The translations under genes and the position numbers were made by a program. From assembly GCA_965240325.2 (NCBI GenBank), contig OZ251250.1, positions 124,001-188,000 of the forward strand: 64,000 nucleotides of DNA, written 5' to 3'. Source of the stretch: Rebecca billardiae RCC1528. Its lineage: Eukaryota; Protista; Haptophyta. Positions 36,445 through 47,335 of this stretch are shown piece after piece (within the stretch, counting starts at the first letter, position 1; every line of letters starts with the position of its first letter). A model generated the notes under the pieces. That model saw only the letters and a list, made by a program, of their open reading frames with translations. It had not been told where the DNA came from and made no database searches.

Positions 36445-38285
36445 ATGCAGGGGCCACGATGGCGGCGCGGCGCGCTCTCAGGGATCGTAGCGTGCGCCGC
36501 GCTGGCGTGCCGCGCGGCGGACGACGGCGTGGGCAGCGCGGCGTACCCGCGCGGCGTCGACACCGCCTCCCCGCCGCGCCCACGCCTCGGCGCGCACGCC
36601 GCCGCGCCGCTCAGCGACCCGGAGACGAGCCTGCAGCTTCCGGCCGAGCGCGCGCTGCGGCCGTGCTCGCTCGACGCGGACGCGCTCGCGCTGCAGCGCC
36701 AGCTCGCGGCGCTCTCGGCGTGCGCGTGCGGCGGGCACGCCGCGCCCACCAGCCACGCGCCGTCCTCCGCCGCCGCCACCCGTCCGCCCGCTGTCCCGCC
36801 GAGCGCATGCGACCCGGCCGCGCGGCCGATTGACGCGCGCATGCGCGCGCACTGGGGGCTCGGCGCGGAGCTGAGCACGCTACTCAAGCCGCTCGCGCGC
36901 GCAGTGGAGCGGCGCGCGCCGCTGCTCGACCCGGTCTTCCCGCGCGCGGGCTGCGAGCCGACGGCGGCCGAGTCGCACCCGCCGCCCGGCGGCAGGGCTC
37001 CGCCTCTGCTCAGCAGCTGCCTCGGGCTGCGGCCCTCCGCCCAGCGTTCGTGCGCGGCCGTGCGCGCGGGTGCGAGCACGCGCGCGCCGCGCCGCGCCGC
37101 GCTCGTCCACGCCCCCTCGCGCTCGGGCCAGCATCTGACCAGCGCGCGCGGCGCGGCGCGCACGCCCGCGGCCGCCCCCCGCTCTGCGCGGCGGCAGCTG
37201 ACGGCTCGCCGGCCGACAACGGGAGCGCGGCGGCGGCGGCGGCGGCGGCGCGGCCCGCGGCGGCGGCGGAGCTGGTGCGCGCGGACGTCTTCTCGCGCAC
37301 CACCGACGCGCGCGTGCCCGCGCCGTACGCGCACGCCAAGAGCCTGTTCTGGTGGACGGGCCAGGCGCTCGCATTCCTCCTCCGGCCCGCGCCGCCGCTG
37401 CTGCGCGACGCGCGCGCGCAGCAGGCGCGCTGGGGGTGGGGCGCGCGCGCGGGCGAGCGCGTGCTGGGCCTGCACGTGCGCCGCGGGGACACGTGCCTGC
37501 GCGACTGGCTCACGCGCGACGCGGCGGCGGGGTACCGCGACGGCGTGATCGAGCGGCGGCACGCGCGCCGCTGCGACCCGCTCAGTGCGTACGCGCCCGC
37601 GGCGCGCGCGCTCGCGCGCGCGCACAACCTGAGCGCCGTGTTCATTGCGACGGACGACGAGGCGGTGGTGGCGGCGGCGCGCGCGGCGCCGGCGGCGCTG
37701 CTCGGCGTGCGCCGCGTGTACGCGCTCGGGCGCGACGTGCTCAACCGCTCGATGTACTGGCGCGGGTACATGGACGACGTGCTGCGCGGCGCCGAGATCG
37801 CCATCTCGGATGGGGGGGGCGCCGAGATCGCAATCTCGGACGAGGGGGCGGCGCCGGGCGCGGGCGCGGCGGGGCCGGGCGGCGCGCCGCCTGGCGCCGC
37901 CCCCACCCGCCGCGGCTTCGACGCGCGCGCGGACGCGAGGGCGACCATGCTGGACCTGCTGCTGCTCGCGGACTGCGACGCGCACGTGGGCAAGGCCACT
38001 TCCAACCTCTTCCGGCACGCGCTTGCGCTCTCCAACGCGTTCAAGGGCGGCGACTGCGTCGTCCCGTACGCCTCCCTCGACGCGCTCTGGTGCGCAAGCC
38101 ACGGGAAGCGCGTCGGCGTCTCGTTCGTCGACTTCCGCGCCGACCCGCGCCCGGGGCGCAGAGGCGCCGGCGGCGGAGCCGGTGGCGGCGCGACGCAGCA
38201 CGCAGCAGACGCAGAGCGGCCCGGCGCGAGCGGCGCCCGCCGCCGCCGCCGGCTGCGCACGAAGGGGCACCGGTTCTACTGCTGA
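36445..38285 (+). CDS. GT23/FUT8-like (O-FucT fold) fucosyltransferase; exons 36445-37069 and 37198-38285
   Basis: N-terminal anchor; GLGAEL, VLGLHVRRGD, VFIATDD, DLLLLADCDAHVGKATSN. The inferred intron is in phase. Confidence 0.8.
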
Positions 38286-38963
38286 GCAGGATTGCCGCCT
38301 CTGCCCTCGCTCGTCATGCCTAGCAGACTCCCCGGGACGCGGTCCCGGGACTCCGGTCACCGAGTGACAGTCGCCCGCGGCTGCTGCTGCTATTCTGCCA
38401 ATCTGCTGATGTAGTACGCGTGTCTGAAACCGCGCGCCGCCAGAAACGGCTCGTTAGACGACGAGCAGTCGTCCGGCGGAATCTGATCGTCTCAGTCACT
38501 CACGGTCTCACGGTCCGGGTCTGCTCTTCAGAGTCTCGGACTGCACGGCGGCGGCACCGCCGCCCTGTCAAGCGCGTATGATCCGACGAATACATGATGA
38601 TGACTCATCGGATGTCGTCACTTCAGATGTGATGACGAGGTGGGGCCCACCCGCATATCATCATCGCGATTCCGAGACGAAGGACTGCTCCGCCGAGCTG
38701 GTTTGTGACCCGCGCGTAGTACTAGTAGCTCGGCTACCACGATCGAGCAGTGACCGGACCCTTGGAGTAGTAGTCCGGTGATGGTCGCGCCCCTTGCTGC
38801 GTGCAGAGCCTGCAGGCCAGACTATCTACGGCGCGGATAATGCTAGGGCGCCGGGCAATATTATCTGCATGGCTGCGCGTCAAGCCGCGATATCAAGCAG
38901 CGCAGTCGTGATGTTATCTAATCTAGTTGTACTATGATACGTCGTGTTCGTGCTCCGGCCAGC

Positions 38964-40895
38964 ATGGCGGTCGTCGTCGTCGCCGCCCTCAGCGCGGTGA
39001 CGAGCGCACGCGAGTCGGCGAGCCCACTGCGGGTGGCTATCAGCGAGCTCTTCCGTGACATCTTTGCCCCTTATTTGCCGCTGAGCCCGGACGAGGCCTT
39101 GCGCGGCGGGCGTGATGTACACACGCCGAGATGCACAGCCGATCGCACTGGTGCGCCGTGGCTGGACTTGGCAGCGATGAATGGGAGCTGGGACGAGACC
39201 GTGCTCCCTCCCATGCATGCGCTCAACGCAACCATCCTCTCCGCTGCGCACCTCTTCGATCCAGCCCGCCGCTTGTGCGTGGGCGCGCGCGCGGCTGCGG
39301 GCGGCGGCCGTCCGCTTGTGGGCACGAGCGAGGCGCCCGCAGACTTTTGCGTGCAGCGCTCGGCGTCCCCGCTGCACCTGTTCGACCAGTACGCACACGA
39401 GCGGCACGTGCTCTCGCGCGCGCTGCAGCGCGCGCACACCATCTGCGGCCACGGCGCGCGCTCGCTCGACGAGCTCAAGCAGCGGGCGCGCGCGGCCGCA
39501 GGCACCGCCAGTGTGGCCGGCCAGGCGCAGCCGGAGTGGTGGTGCGAGGCGGATGTGGTGTTCGTCCCGTCCCTGCGCTTCCACTACTACGCGATCGCGG
39601 GCTCCAGCTGGGACTGGCGCGGCTGCTTTGCGCACGGCGACGTCGTGCGCCGCTTCTGGCGCGGCGTGGTCGAGCTCTTCCACCTCAGCCCTGTGCGCCT
39701 CAGGCCGCACAGCCGGCCGCCGCTGCTGGTCGTGACCGAGCCGCACAGCTACATCTCGACGCCGATGCTCCGCTCGCTCGGGGTGCTCTCCAATGCACCG
39801 AAAGGCTTCCTCGCGCGGCTGGTGCTGGGCACGACGATGAGCTCGATGACGCGCGAGCACCGCCGTCTCTTCGCGCGCGTGAACGACACGCGCAGCTGGC
39901 AGGAGGGCGCGGAGGAGGAGCTGCGCAGGCGGGAGCGGCTGCTGGCCGAGGCGGACGGCGCGGCGCGCGGCGGGACGGCGCGGCTGCTCAAAGGCTTCGG
40001 CGGCGGGCCGTTGCTCGTCACGCTGCCCCGGACCGTCGGCGTCGTGCGCGCGGCCGACTGGACCTCCCGGACGGTCTCGAAGCGGCGCCGCCCGATCGCG
40101 CTGCTGCATGACGCCGACCCGAAGCGGTCTGGGTACGGGCGCATCTACGAGCGAAAGCAGTACATCCGCCCGCTGCTGGACAGGGCGCTCCGCCGCGCGG
40201 GCGGCGTTCGCGCGTGCGGCCGGCGCAATAACGCGACGCTGCGCATCGTGGTGTGCGCGACTGACTCGGTCACGCCGTGCGCCGCGCAGTGCGAGGGCAT
40301 GCACCCGATGCTCGCGGCCTCGCGGCTGGCCATCGAGCCGCCGGGCGACACGCAGGGGCGCTCGCACGCGTACGCGGCAATGCTGGCGGGCGCGGTACCC
40401 GTTCTGGTCGAGGGCGGGCACCGCGCGTACGACGAGGACGAGCCGACGTGGTGGGCCTGGCGCGCGGCGCGCACCGCGCCGTTGCGCACACGCGCGCGCG
40501 CCGAGGCCGTCCTTGTCACTGACGGCGGCACCGTCGCCATCGAGTACTCGCGCATCGCCGTGCTGCTGAGCGCGCGCGAGGTAGTGCGCGCGGAGGCGGC
40601 TCGCGACGACGGCTGGGTGCAGCGGCTCCTGGCGCTCGCGTACAATGGCGCGCGCCTCCGGCACATGCGCGCCGAGCTGCGCGCTGTCTCGCCCTTCCTC
40701 GTGTACTCGCCCTCAGGCTGCGGCGCCGACGAGGGCGTGCCGATCAGCGGCACCTTTGCCTGGGCGCGGCCGAGGGCGACGCCGGCGCAAGCGGCGCAAG
40801 CGTCGGTGTGGCACATGCGCGTGTGTGATGCGGTCTCCGCGTTCGACGCGGTGATCTGGCGCGCGTGGCGTGCGAGCTCGCAGCTGCGCTGGTGA
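38964..40895 (+). CDS. GT47 exostosin-like glycosyltransferase
   Basis: Signal/anchor; EADVVFVP; MLAASRLAIEPPGDTQGRSHAYAAMLAGAVPVL matches the exostosin C-terminal motif. Confidence 0.78.
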   Translation: MAVVVVAALSAVTSARESASPLRVAISELFRDIFAPYLPLSPDEALRGGRDVHTPRCTADRTGAPWLDLAAMNGSWDETVLPPMHALNATILSAAHLFDPARRLCVGARAAAGGGRPLVGTSEAPADFCVQRSASPLHLFDQYAHERHVLSRALQRAHTICGHGARSLDELKQRARAAAGTASVAGQAQPEWWCEADVVFVPSLRFHYYAIAGSSWDWRGCFAHGDVVRRFWRGVVELFHLSPVRLRPHSRPPLLVVTEPHSYISTPMLRSLGVLSNAPKGFLARLVLGTTMSSMTREHRRLFARVNDTRSWQEGAEEELRRRERLLAEADGAARGGTARLLKGFGGGPLLVTLPRTVGVVRAADWTSRTVSKRRRPIALLHDADPKRSGYGRIYERKQYIRPLLDRALRRAGGVRACGRRNNATLRIVVCATDSVTPCAAQCEGMHPMLAASRLAIEPPGDTQGRSHAYAAMLAGAVPVLVEGGHRAYDEDEPTWWAWRAARTAPLRTRARAEAVLVTDGGTVAIEYSRIAVLLSAREVVRAEAARDDGWVQRLLALAYNGARLRHMRAELRAVSPFLVYSPSGCGADEGVPISGTFAWARPRATPAQAAQASVWHMRVCDAVSAFDAVIWRAWRASSQLRW

Positions 40896-41216
40896 CTTAA
40901 GTGTCAGCTGCTAGCATATGCCAGTAGTCAGCGCAGCGGCGGGGGCGCGCTCATCGTCGTCTTGACGCGGTCACACCCCGACCCCGTCATCACTACTGCT
41001 GCTGTATACAGATGTACGGTCCGAGCGTTGCTGATGCTGACTACGCCATGATGACGCGTCATCATCGTCATCGTCGTCAGCACCGCCGCCCCTTCATATA
41101 ATCATACACTACGAGTACGACGGCGTGCATGTTATGAATACGTATGATGCCGGCTGGTCCTGCCATCGGATGGCAGAGCTAGTTGCGCGAGAGTACGTAT
41201 TTACAGTCGTCGGCGA

Positions 41217-42704
41217 CTACACGCCGCCGCCACTCTGCTGCGGCAGGAGCGGCGGCAGCTGCGCGACGCGCGTGGGCGTGGCGAGGTCCTCCAGCCCCGC
41301 CTCCGCGCCCTCGCCGTGCCCCAGCGCCGCCGTCCGCTTGCCGCACGAGAGCACCGCGCCGCCCGCCGTCACATAGAGCGCGTGCCCAATCGTGAGACTC
41401 ACGTCGACGATTCGCTCGGCCGCCAGCGCGTCGACGCGCGCCGGGTCGGTGGGGGCGTCGAGCGCCGCGTCGGCGCCGCGGCCGAAGAGGCCCGCGCGGT
41501 TGAAGCCGAACGTGTGCACGCTGCCGTCCGCGCCGAGCACCGCGCTGGAGTGCAGCCCCGCGCGCGCGCGCACCGCGCGCACGCCATCGAGGGCGCGCAC
41601 GCGCCGCGGCGTGCGCGCATCCGTCGCGCGCCGCGCGCCGCGGCCGAGGCAGCCGCGCGCGCCGTGGCCGAAGGCGCGCACGCCGCCGTCCGCGTCGACG
41701 ACGAGGCTGTGGTACGACCCCGCGCTCACGTGCACCACGCGCACGCCGCCCAGCGCCTCGATCCGCGCCGGACTCGGCCGCAGGGTCCGGTCGCCGTGGC
41801 CGAGCTGGCCGTGCGAGCCGCGCCCGCACGAGAGCACAGAGCCTTCCGCCGCGAGCAGCAGCGTGTGGTCGGCGCCGGCGGCGAGGCCTCCGACGCGCGC
41901 GCCGGCGAGCCCCGCGATGCGCCGCGGCTCCAGCTCGCCCGCCTGCCCGCCGTGCCCGAGCTGCCCCGCGTCGCCGCGGCCCCAGCTGTACACGGCGCCC
42001 GCGGCCGTCGTTGCAAGTGAGTGCTCGCCGCCGGCGCCGACGCCGACGACGACTTGGCCAGCGAGGGCGAGGACGGGCGCGAAGGCGGCGCGCCCGTCGG
42101 TGTCGCCCAGCCCGAGCTGGCCGTGCGCGTTCCCACCGCAGCCGTACACGGCGCCGCACTCGCTCAGCGCGAGCAGGTGCTCCCAGCCCGATGCCACAGC
42201 GCACACACGCACGGTCCCTAGCGAGGCCACACGCGTCGGCAGGGCGAGCGCGGGCGCGCCCGGCTGCCCGAGCGCGAGCGCGCCGACGTACCGGCCATTG
42301 TACACGCTGGCGCCGTCGCGCTCCATCTCCTCGCCGCACGTGTACAGCCCGCCGTCGACGCTCACGAACGCGCTGAACGAGAGGCGGCCGCTGTGCTCGC
42401 ACGCAGCGCTGTGCGCGTGCGCGCGCGCGAGCGCGAGCACGCGCTCGCGCGCGAGGAGCTCCTCCGTCCACGAGCACGAGGCGTGGGGCTCCTTCGCGCG
42501 GAGCGCGGCCGAGTGGCCCCGCTCGCTCGTGCGCTCGCGCAGCGTGTGCTCGACCACCGACGCCGTGCCCGGCCCGCCGCGGAAGAGCCGCGAGACGGCA
42601 TTCACGCTCGCGAGGTCGCGCGCGAACTTGAGGTCGCGGAGAATCCGCTCGACGAGCTCGGTGGGGACGTCGGCGAGCAGGAGCTTGGGCGGCGCGGCGG
42701 CCAT
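41217..42704 (-). CDS. F-box plus RCC1-repeat protein (paralogue of 30908-32500)
   Basis: LADVPTELVERIL..ARDLASVNAVSRLF, SWTEELLARE, multiple RCC1 repeats; colinear with the 30908 gene. Confidence 0.87.
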   Translation of the reverse strand: MAAAPPKLLLADVPTELVERILRDLKFARDLASVNAVSRLFRGGPGTASVVEHTLRERTSERGHSAALRAKEPHASCSWTEELLARERVLALARAHAHSAACEHSGRLSFSAFVSVDGGLYTCGEEMERDGASVYNGRYVGALALGQPGAPALALPTRVASLGTVRVCAVASGWEHLLALSECGAVYGCGGNAHGQLGLGDTDGRAAFAPVLALAGQVVVGVGAGGEHSLATTAAGAVYSWGRGDAGQLGHGGQAGELEPRRIAGLAGARVGGLAAGADHTLLLAAEGSVLSCGRGSHGQLGHGDRTLRPSPARIEALGGVRVVHVSAGSYHSLVVDADGGVRAFGHGARGCLGRGARRATDARTPRRVRALDGVRAVRARAGLHSSAVLGADGSVHTFGFNRAGLFGRGADAALDAPTDPARVDALAAERIVDVSLTIGHALYVTAGGAVLSCGKRTAALGHGEGAEAGLEDLATPTRVAQLPPLLPQQSGGGV

Positions 42705-42982
42705 TGCGCGCGCCGAGAAGAAAGACCGGGAGCCTTGACGCGCGCGAGAGCGCGGGGGAGCGCGGGGGAGGGTTGGGGCTCGAGGCGCTGATGAGATGAG
42801 AAGGAGAAGGGTTGGCCGTTCGCGTCGGCCTTCGCCGTGAATCCGTGAGGATGCGAAGCTGGGCTTTCAGCTTCGCGCACGTCATCAGCGTCGTCGTCGG
42901 GAAGGGTGCGAAGCGGGGGGCCCCCTTCTAATTATTATGACATAATGAGTACAAGCATCTCATCATGAAATGATAAGATGCA

Positions 42983-44110
42983 CAAGGGCGGTAAGGGCTG
43001 TCAACTCCCAGTGGCGGCAGCGCCAGAGGTTGGCTCCCGCTTCGCTGCTGCGCGGCCTCGCTCCAGCGACTAACTCTCGTGGGCGCCCGCCCCGGGGGGC
43101 GAGTGGGGCGCGCACGGCGCGAGCTCCTGCGGCCGTGTACGCGCGCGCGGAGGCGGCGCGCGCGGCTGGGTAGGTGCTAGGGAGTGCATGTCGCCCTCCC
43201 ACGCCGCGCGCCTTGCTCGCCGCCGCTTTCGCCGCGCCTCAGGCCAGCGCGCACGCGTGCGCCGCCTCCAGAGCCAGCCTCGGGCCCGCGGCAGCTGGCC
43301 GCGCGCGTGTGGTGCGCGGTCTGGTCGGCGCGAGTCGGTCGGGGCCATCGGGCGAGGTTCGCATACTTTAGACGCGCGCTCTGCCGCCGCGCGCCGCCGC
43401 GCACGGTTGTCATGGGTCGACACGCAAGCATCTTAGGTCTGACACGAACTGCAGCACGAATGCGAAAATGCTCATGTTTGGACGCTCATGGAGACGCTGA
43501 AGAGCACAACAGACGAGCGCAGGCGATGGAGAGCGGGGCAATGCACCCATTGGACGCCGTACACGCACCCAATGCGGCCGCCTATCACGCGCATGGGCGC
43601 TCACTGTCGCGTGTTCGAGCTCATTTCTGCTTGTCGTGCATTCATCGATCAGCTTCCTTCAACAGCTTCACGGGATGGTACCGGGCCCATGCGCGGCGGC
43701 GCGCGGCGGCAGAGCGCGCGTCTAAAGTATGCGAACCTCGCCCGATGGCCCCGACCGACTCGCGCCGACCAGACCGCGCACCACACGCGCGCGGCCAGCT
43801 GCCGCGGGCCCGAGGCTGGCTCTGGAGGCGGCGCACGCGTGCGCGCTGGCCTGAGGCGCGGCGAAAGCGGCGGCGAGCAAGGCGCGCGGCGTGGGAGGGC
43901 GACATGCACTCCCTAGCACCTGCCCAGCCGCGCGCGCCGCCTCCGCGCGCGCGTACACGGCCGCAGGAGCTCGCGCCGTGCGCGCCCCACTCGCCCCCCG
44001 GGGCGGGCGCCCACGAGAGTTAGTCGCTGGAGCGAGGCCGCGCAGCAGCGAAGCGGGAGCCAACCTCTGGCGCTGCCGCCACTGGGAGTTGACAGCCCTT
44101 ACCGCCCTTG
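42983..44110. mobile_element. Foldback element 1: 421-bp inverted arms, 286-bp spacer, CAAGGG...CCCTTG ends
   Basis: 42983-43403 is the reverse complement of 43690-44110 (one mismatch seen). No conventional TSD, but CAAGGGC follows the right end. Confidence 0.9.
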
Positions 44111-44129
44111 CAAGGGCCGTGGGTGGAGG

Positions 44130-45597
44130 CAAGGGAGTCAAGGGTGCCCGCGCCCCAGTGGCGCGCTCGGCGGATGTTGGGATACACCTTTTTGCCCGCG
44201 GCCTGCGGCGGGCGGCGGCGAGGGCGTGCTCCGCTGGCGGGGCGAGCGCACGGGGCACGGCGCTGCGGGCGCGGATGTGCCCGCGAAGCCGGCGCGTGCA
44301 GACGGGCTGTTGCGGGAGAGTATTCGGCGCCCTCCTGCGCCGCGCGACTTGGGCCACGCCTCTTTCGCCTCGGCTCAGAGCAGCGCGCACGCTCGCGCCG
44401 CCTCAAGGCCAGCCTTGCCGCGCCGCAGCCGGCCGCGCGCGCGCCGTGCGCGGCGCGGTCGGGAAGGAACGGGCGCTGCTGCCGGGCGAGATGGCAAACG
44501 CATGTGCGCACGCCATGCCGCCCCGCGGCGCCGCGAAAGAGCACGAGAACGGATCCGCACAGCTGTTGACGAGTGCTGATCACTTGTCGTGCACGAAGCC
44601 AGACCTGAGCTCGCAGAAGATGATGAAAGAGCATCAGCGCGAGGAAAGCGTCGCACCCAGCACTTCTACATGAACACGCGGTGATGAACATGCATGTAAG
44701 AGTAGCCCGCGTGCCCGTCTGGCACTATTCTGTGTCTCAATGATCGTCCCAACAAGGGTCACGACCGCGCAGCCGTGCACACCATTTGTGACAAGTCGAA
44801 GAGGCATGCAAACAGACCGACGACACGCTCATCAAGGCGCCGCGGGGCGGCATGGCGTGCGCATATGCCTTTGCCGCCGCCCCGCGGCGCCTTGATGAGC
44901 GTGTCGTCGGTCTGTTTGCATGCCTCTTCGACTTGTCACAAATGGTGTGCACGGCTGCGCGGTCGTGACCCTTGTTGGGACGATCATTGAGACACAGAAT
45001 AGTGCCAGACGGGCACGCGGGCTACTCTTACATGCATGTTCATCACCGCGTGTTCATGTAGAAGTGCTGGGTGCGACGCTTTCCTCGCGCTGATGCTCTT
45101 TCATCATCTTCTGCGAGCTCAGGTCTGGCTTCGTGCACGACAAGTGATCAGCACTCGTCAACAGCTGTGCGGATCCGTTCTCGTGCTCTTTCGCGGCGCC
45201 GCGGGGCGGCATGGCGTGCGCACATGCGTTTGCCATCTCGCCCGGCAGCAGCGCCCGTTCCTTCCCGACCGCGCCGCGCACGGCGCGCGCGCGGCCGGCT
45301 GCGGCGCGGCAAGGCTGGCCTTGAGGCGGCGCGAGCGTGCGCGCTGCTCTGAGCCGAGGCGAAAGAGGCGTGGCCCAAGTCGCGCGGCGCAGGAGGGCGC
45401 CGAATACTCTCCCGCAACAGCCCGTCTGCACGCGCCGGCTTCGCGGGCACATCCGCGCCCGCAGCGCCGTGCCCCGTGCGCTCGCCCCGCCAGCGGAGCA
45501 CGCCCTCGCCGCCGCCCGCCGCAGGCCGCGGGCAAAAAGGTGTATCCCAACATCCGCCGAGCGCGCCACTGGGGCGCGGGCACCCTTGACTCCCTTG
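44130..45597. mobile_element. Foldback element 2: 722-bp inverted arms, 24-bp spacer, 7-bp TSD GTGGAGG
   Basis: 44130-44851 mirrors 44876-45597 (mirror-image ORF pairs appear in the track); CAAGGG/CCCTTG ends; GTGGAGG at 44123-44129 and 45598-45604. Confidence 0.95.
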
Positions 45598-45617
45598 GTG
45601 GAGGGGTTAACCTGCTA

Positions 45618-47101
45618 CAGGTCGCTGCTTCGTTTTTCGGACTGCTTCGTTTTTCGGACCCGGGCGATGGCGACAGTGGCTCGCTCATCGGCGGGTGCGT
45701 GGCGGGCGCGCCGCGGCAGGGCTGAGCAGCCTGTCGGCGCGTGGGGTGACGTGCCCGTCACTATACGTTACCAGTCGGGTCGCGGTGCCTGCTGGCATCG
45801 TCCTCGGCCGCTCGCAGCTCAGGCGCTGCGCTGATCGGTACGCCCGCGCTTACGCTGTGCGCGCCGGCCGGGCCCAGCGCAAGCGCCTCGATGAAGGCGG
45901 CTAAGGGCGTCAAGCCGTACTCGGTTGAGGCGCGAAAGCGGAGACCTACAAGATATAGCGCGCGGTAGTTGCCCAGAAGGCGGCTGCCATGCGGTGGTGT
46001 TGGGGCGCGCGGCTGCGTGCTCGGCCGACGACAACGAGCCCTCTGGCACGCTCTCATCATCGAAGTTGAGTGTGTTCACAGCCACGCCGGCGGGGATGCG
46101 CTGGAAGACTGCTCCAGCCTTCCGCGCCAACGTTGAGCTTGCCAAGCAGTAGTCGGCACGCCAGGCCGCCAAGCTCGCGCGCCTTCGTGAGCAGCACGAG
46201 GCCGAACTTGATGACGTGCGCTAGGCTGAGGCGGTGAGGTTCGACGCGGCTGAGCTCGCCGACCAGCTCGGTATCCTTCCTGTGCACGCCGTAGAGGTCG
46301 CCGCGCCGAAGCCGGACAACATGCGGCTCAATGATGGCCAGAATGACTCGTGGTCGTTGCGGGAATTCAACCAGAAGAAGGCCGCGCGAACTGCGCAGAA
46401 GGAGGCGGAGGCGGCGCGTGCGCGTGCTGGCCGGCGGTCCGAAAGTTCACCAGGTCGACGTCGACGGCGAACGCCGGACGGTGCCCGCGGCGCAGGGTCT
46501 GGAGCTGACATCGACAGTCGCCTGGTGAGCATGCTTACCTGCCCCTGGGGTTGGATGCTACACGCACGTGATGTCTGGAATGTATGATGCCGTCAGCCCG
46601 ACTCAAATGGCCTACCAGGCGGCAGCTGCTAGCAGACTGCGCGTGCATGCTGAGAGCATGCGGTCCGAAAGTGGTCGACGGTGCCCGCGGCGGCGCAGCC
46701 GCAGCTGCCGTCTGGGCGGCTAGCGCGGAAGCTGAGTGAGCATGTTCGTCCGTTCCTGAGGTGGTCTACTGCATGTATGCTATGTCTAGAATGCATGATG
46801 CCGTTAGCCCGACTCACACGGCTCACCAGGCAGCGGCTCTGACTCGGCGCGCGAGAGCCCGCGGGTCCGAAAGTTGAAGCATGCCGTCGGCGGCCCCGTC
46901 GTGGACCTCGTGGCGTCCGTGGGGCACATGGTAGTGGAACAAAGTCGTCTAAATGGTACATAGCCGCTGGGTTGTACCTCAGGCACACCCTGGGGGTGCC
47001 GCCAGACGCGATCTCGAGCGCCGCAGACCCCCGGGGGCGCCGCCGCCATCGTGCACAAAAAGTGAACAGCAATCGGGTCCGAAAGTTGAAGCAGCGACCT
47101 G
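45618..47101 (+). mobile_element. Non-autonomous Tc1/mariner-like element with TA TSD
   Basis: TA|CAGGTCGCTGCTTC ... GAAGCAGCGACCTG|TA: 14-bp perfect TIR, ~25 bp with 3 mismatches; internal copies of the TIR submotif. Confidence 0.85.
45925..46587 (+). pseudogene. Degraded ORF inside the Tc1-like element
   Basis: One frame with two in-frame TAG stops (LAKQ*SARQAAKLARLREQHEAELDDVR*AEAVRFDAAELADQLG...). Confidence 0.5.
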
Positions 47102-47185
47102 TAATAGACTTTGATGCGGCAGCCGGCACTTCGTCGGGGATTCATCGGCCAAAAACAAGTTGGGTTGGAGACGAACCGCCCGTGA

Positions 47186-47335
47186 GACTCATTCTATGAT
47201 TTAACGACACAGGTTGTCGGCGAGTTCGGACGACGACGTTTTGTGGACGACGGCGCTACCATCGGCGACGGCTTCATGGGCGGTGACAGTTGGCGGGCGT
47301 CAATCTCGCCTGCCTGAGCTGTGTGCGTCTCTTAT
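47186..47335. repeat. Dispersed repeat fragment: putative left TIR plus core motif
   Basis: attctatgatttaacgacacagg (inverse of 7320-7343) followed by sequence matching 2001-2077. Confidence 0.75.

Noticed and set aside
44020-45834. Pairs of identical ORFs on opposite strands suggesting duplicated genes
   Set aside because: A by-product of the palindromic foldback element; no protein-like features.
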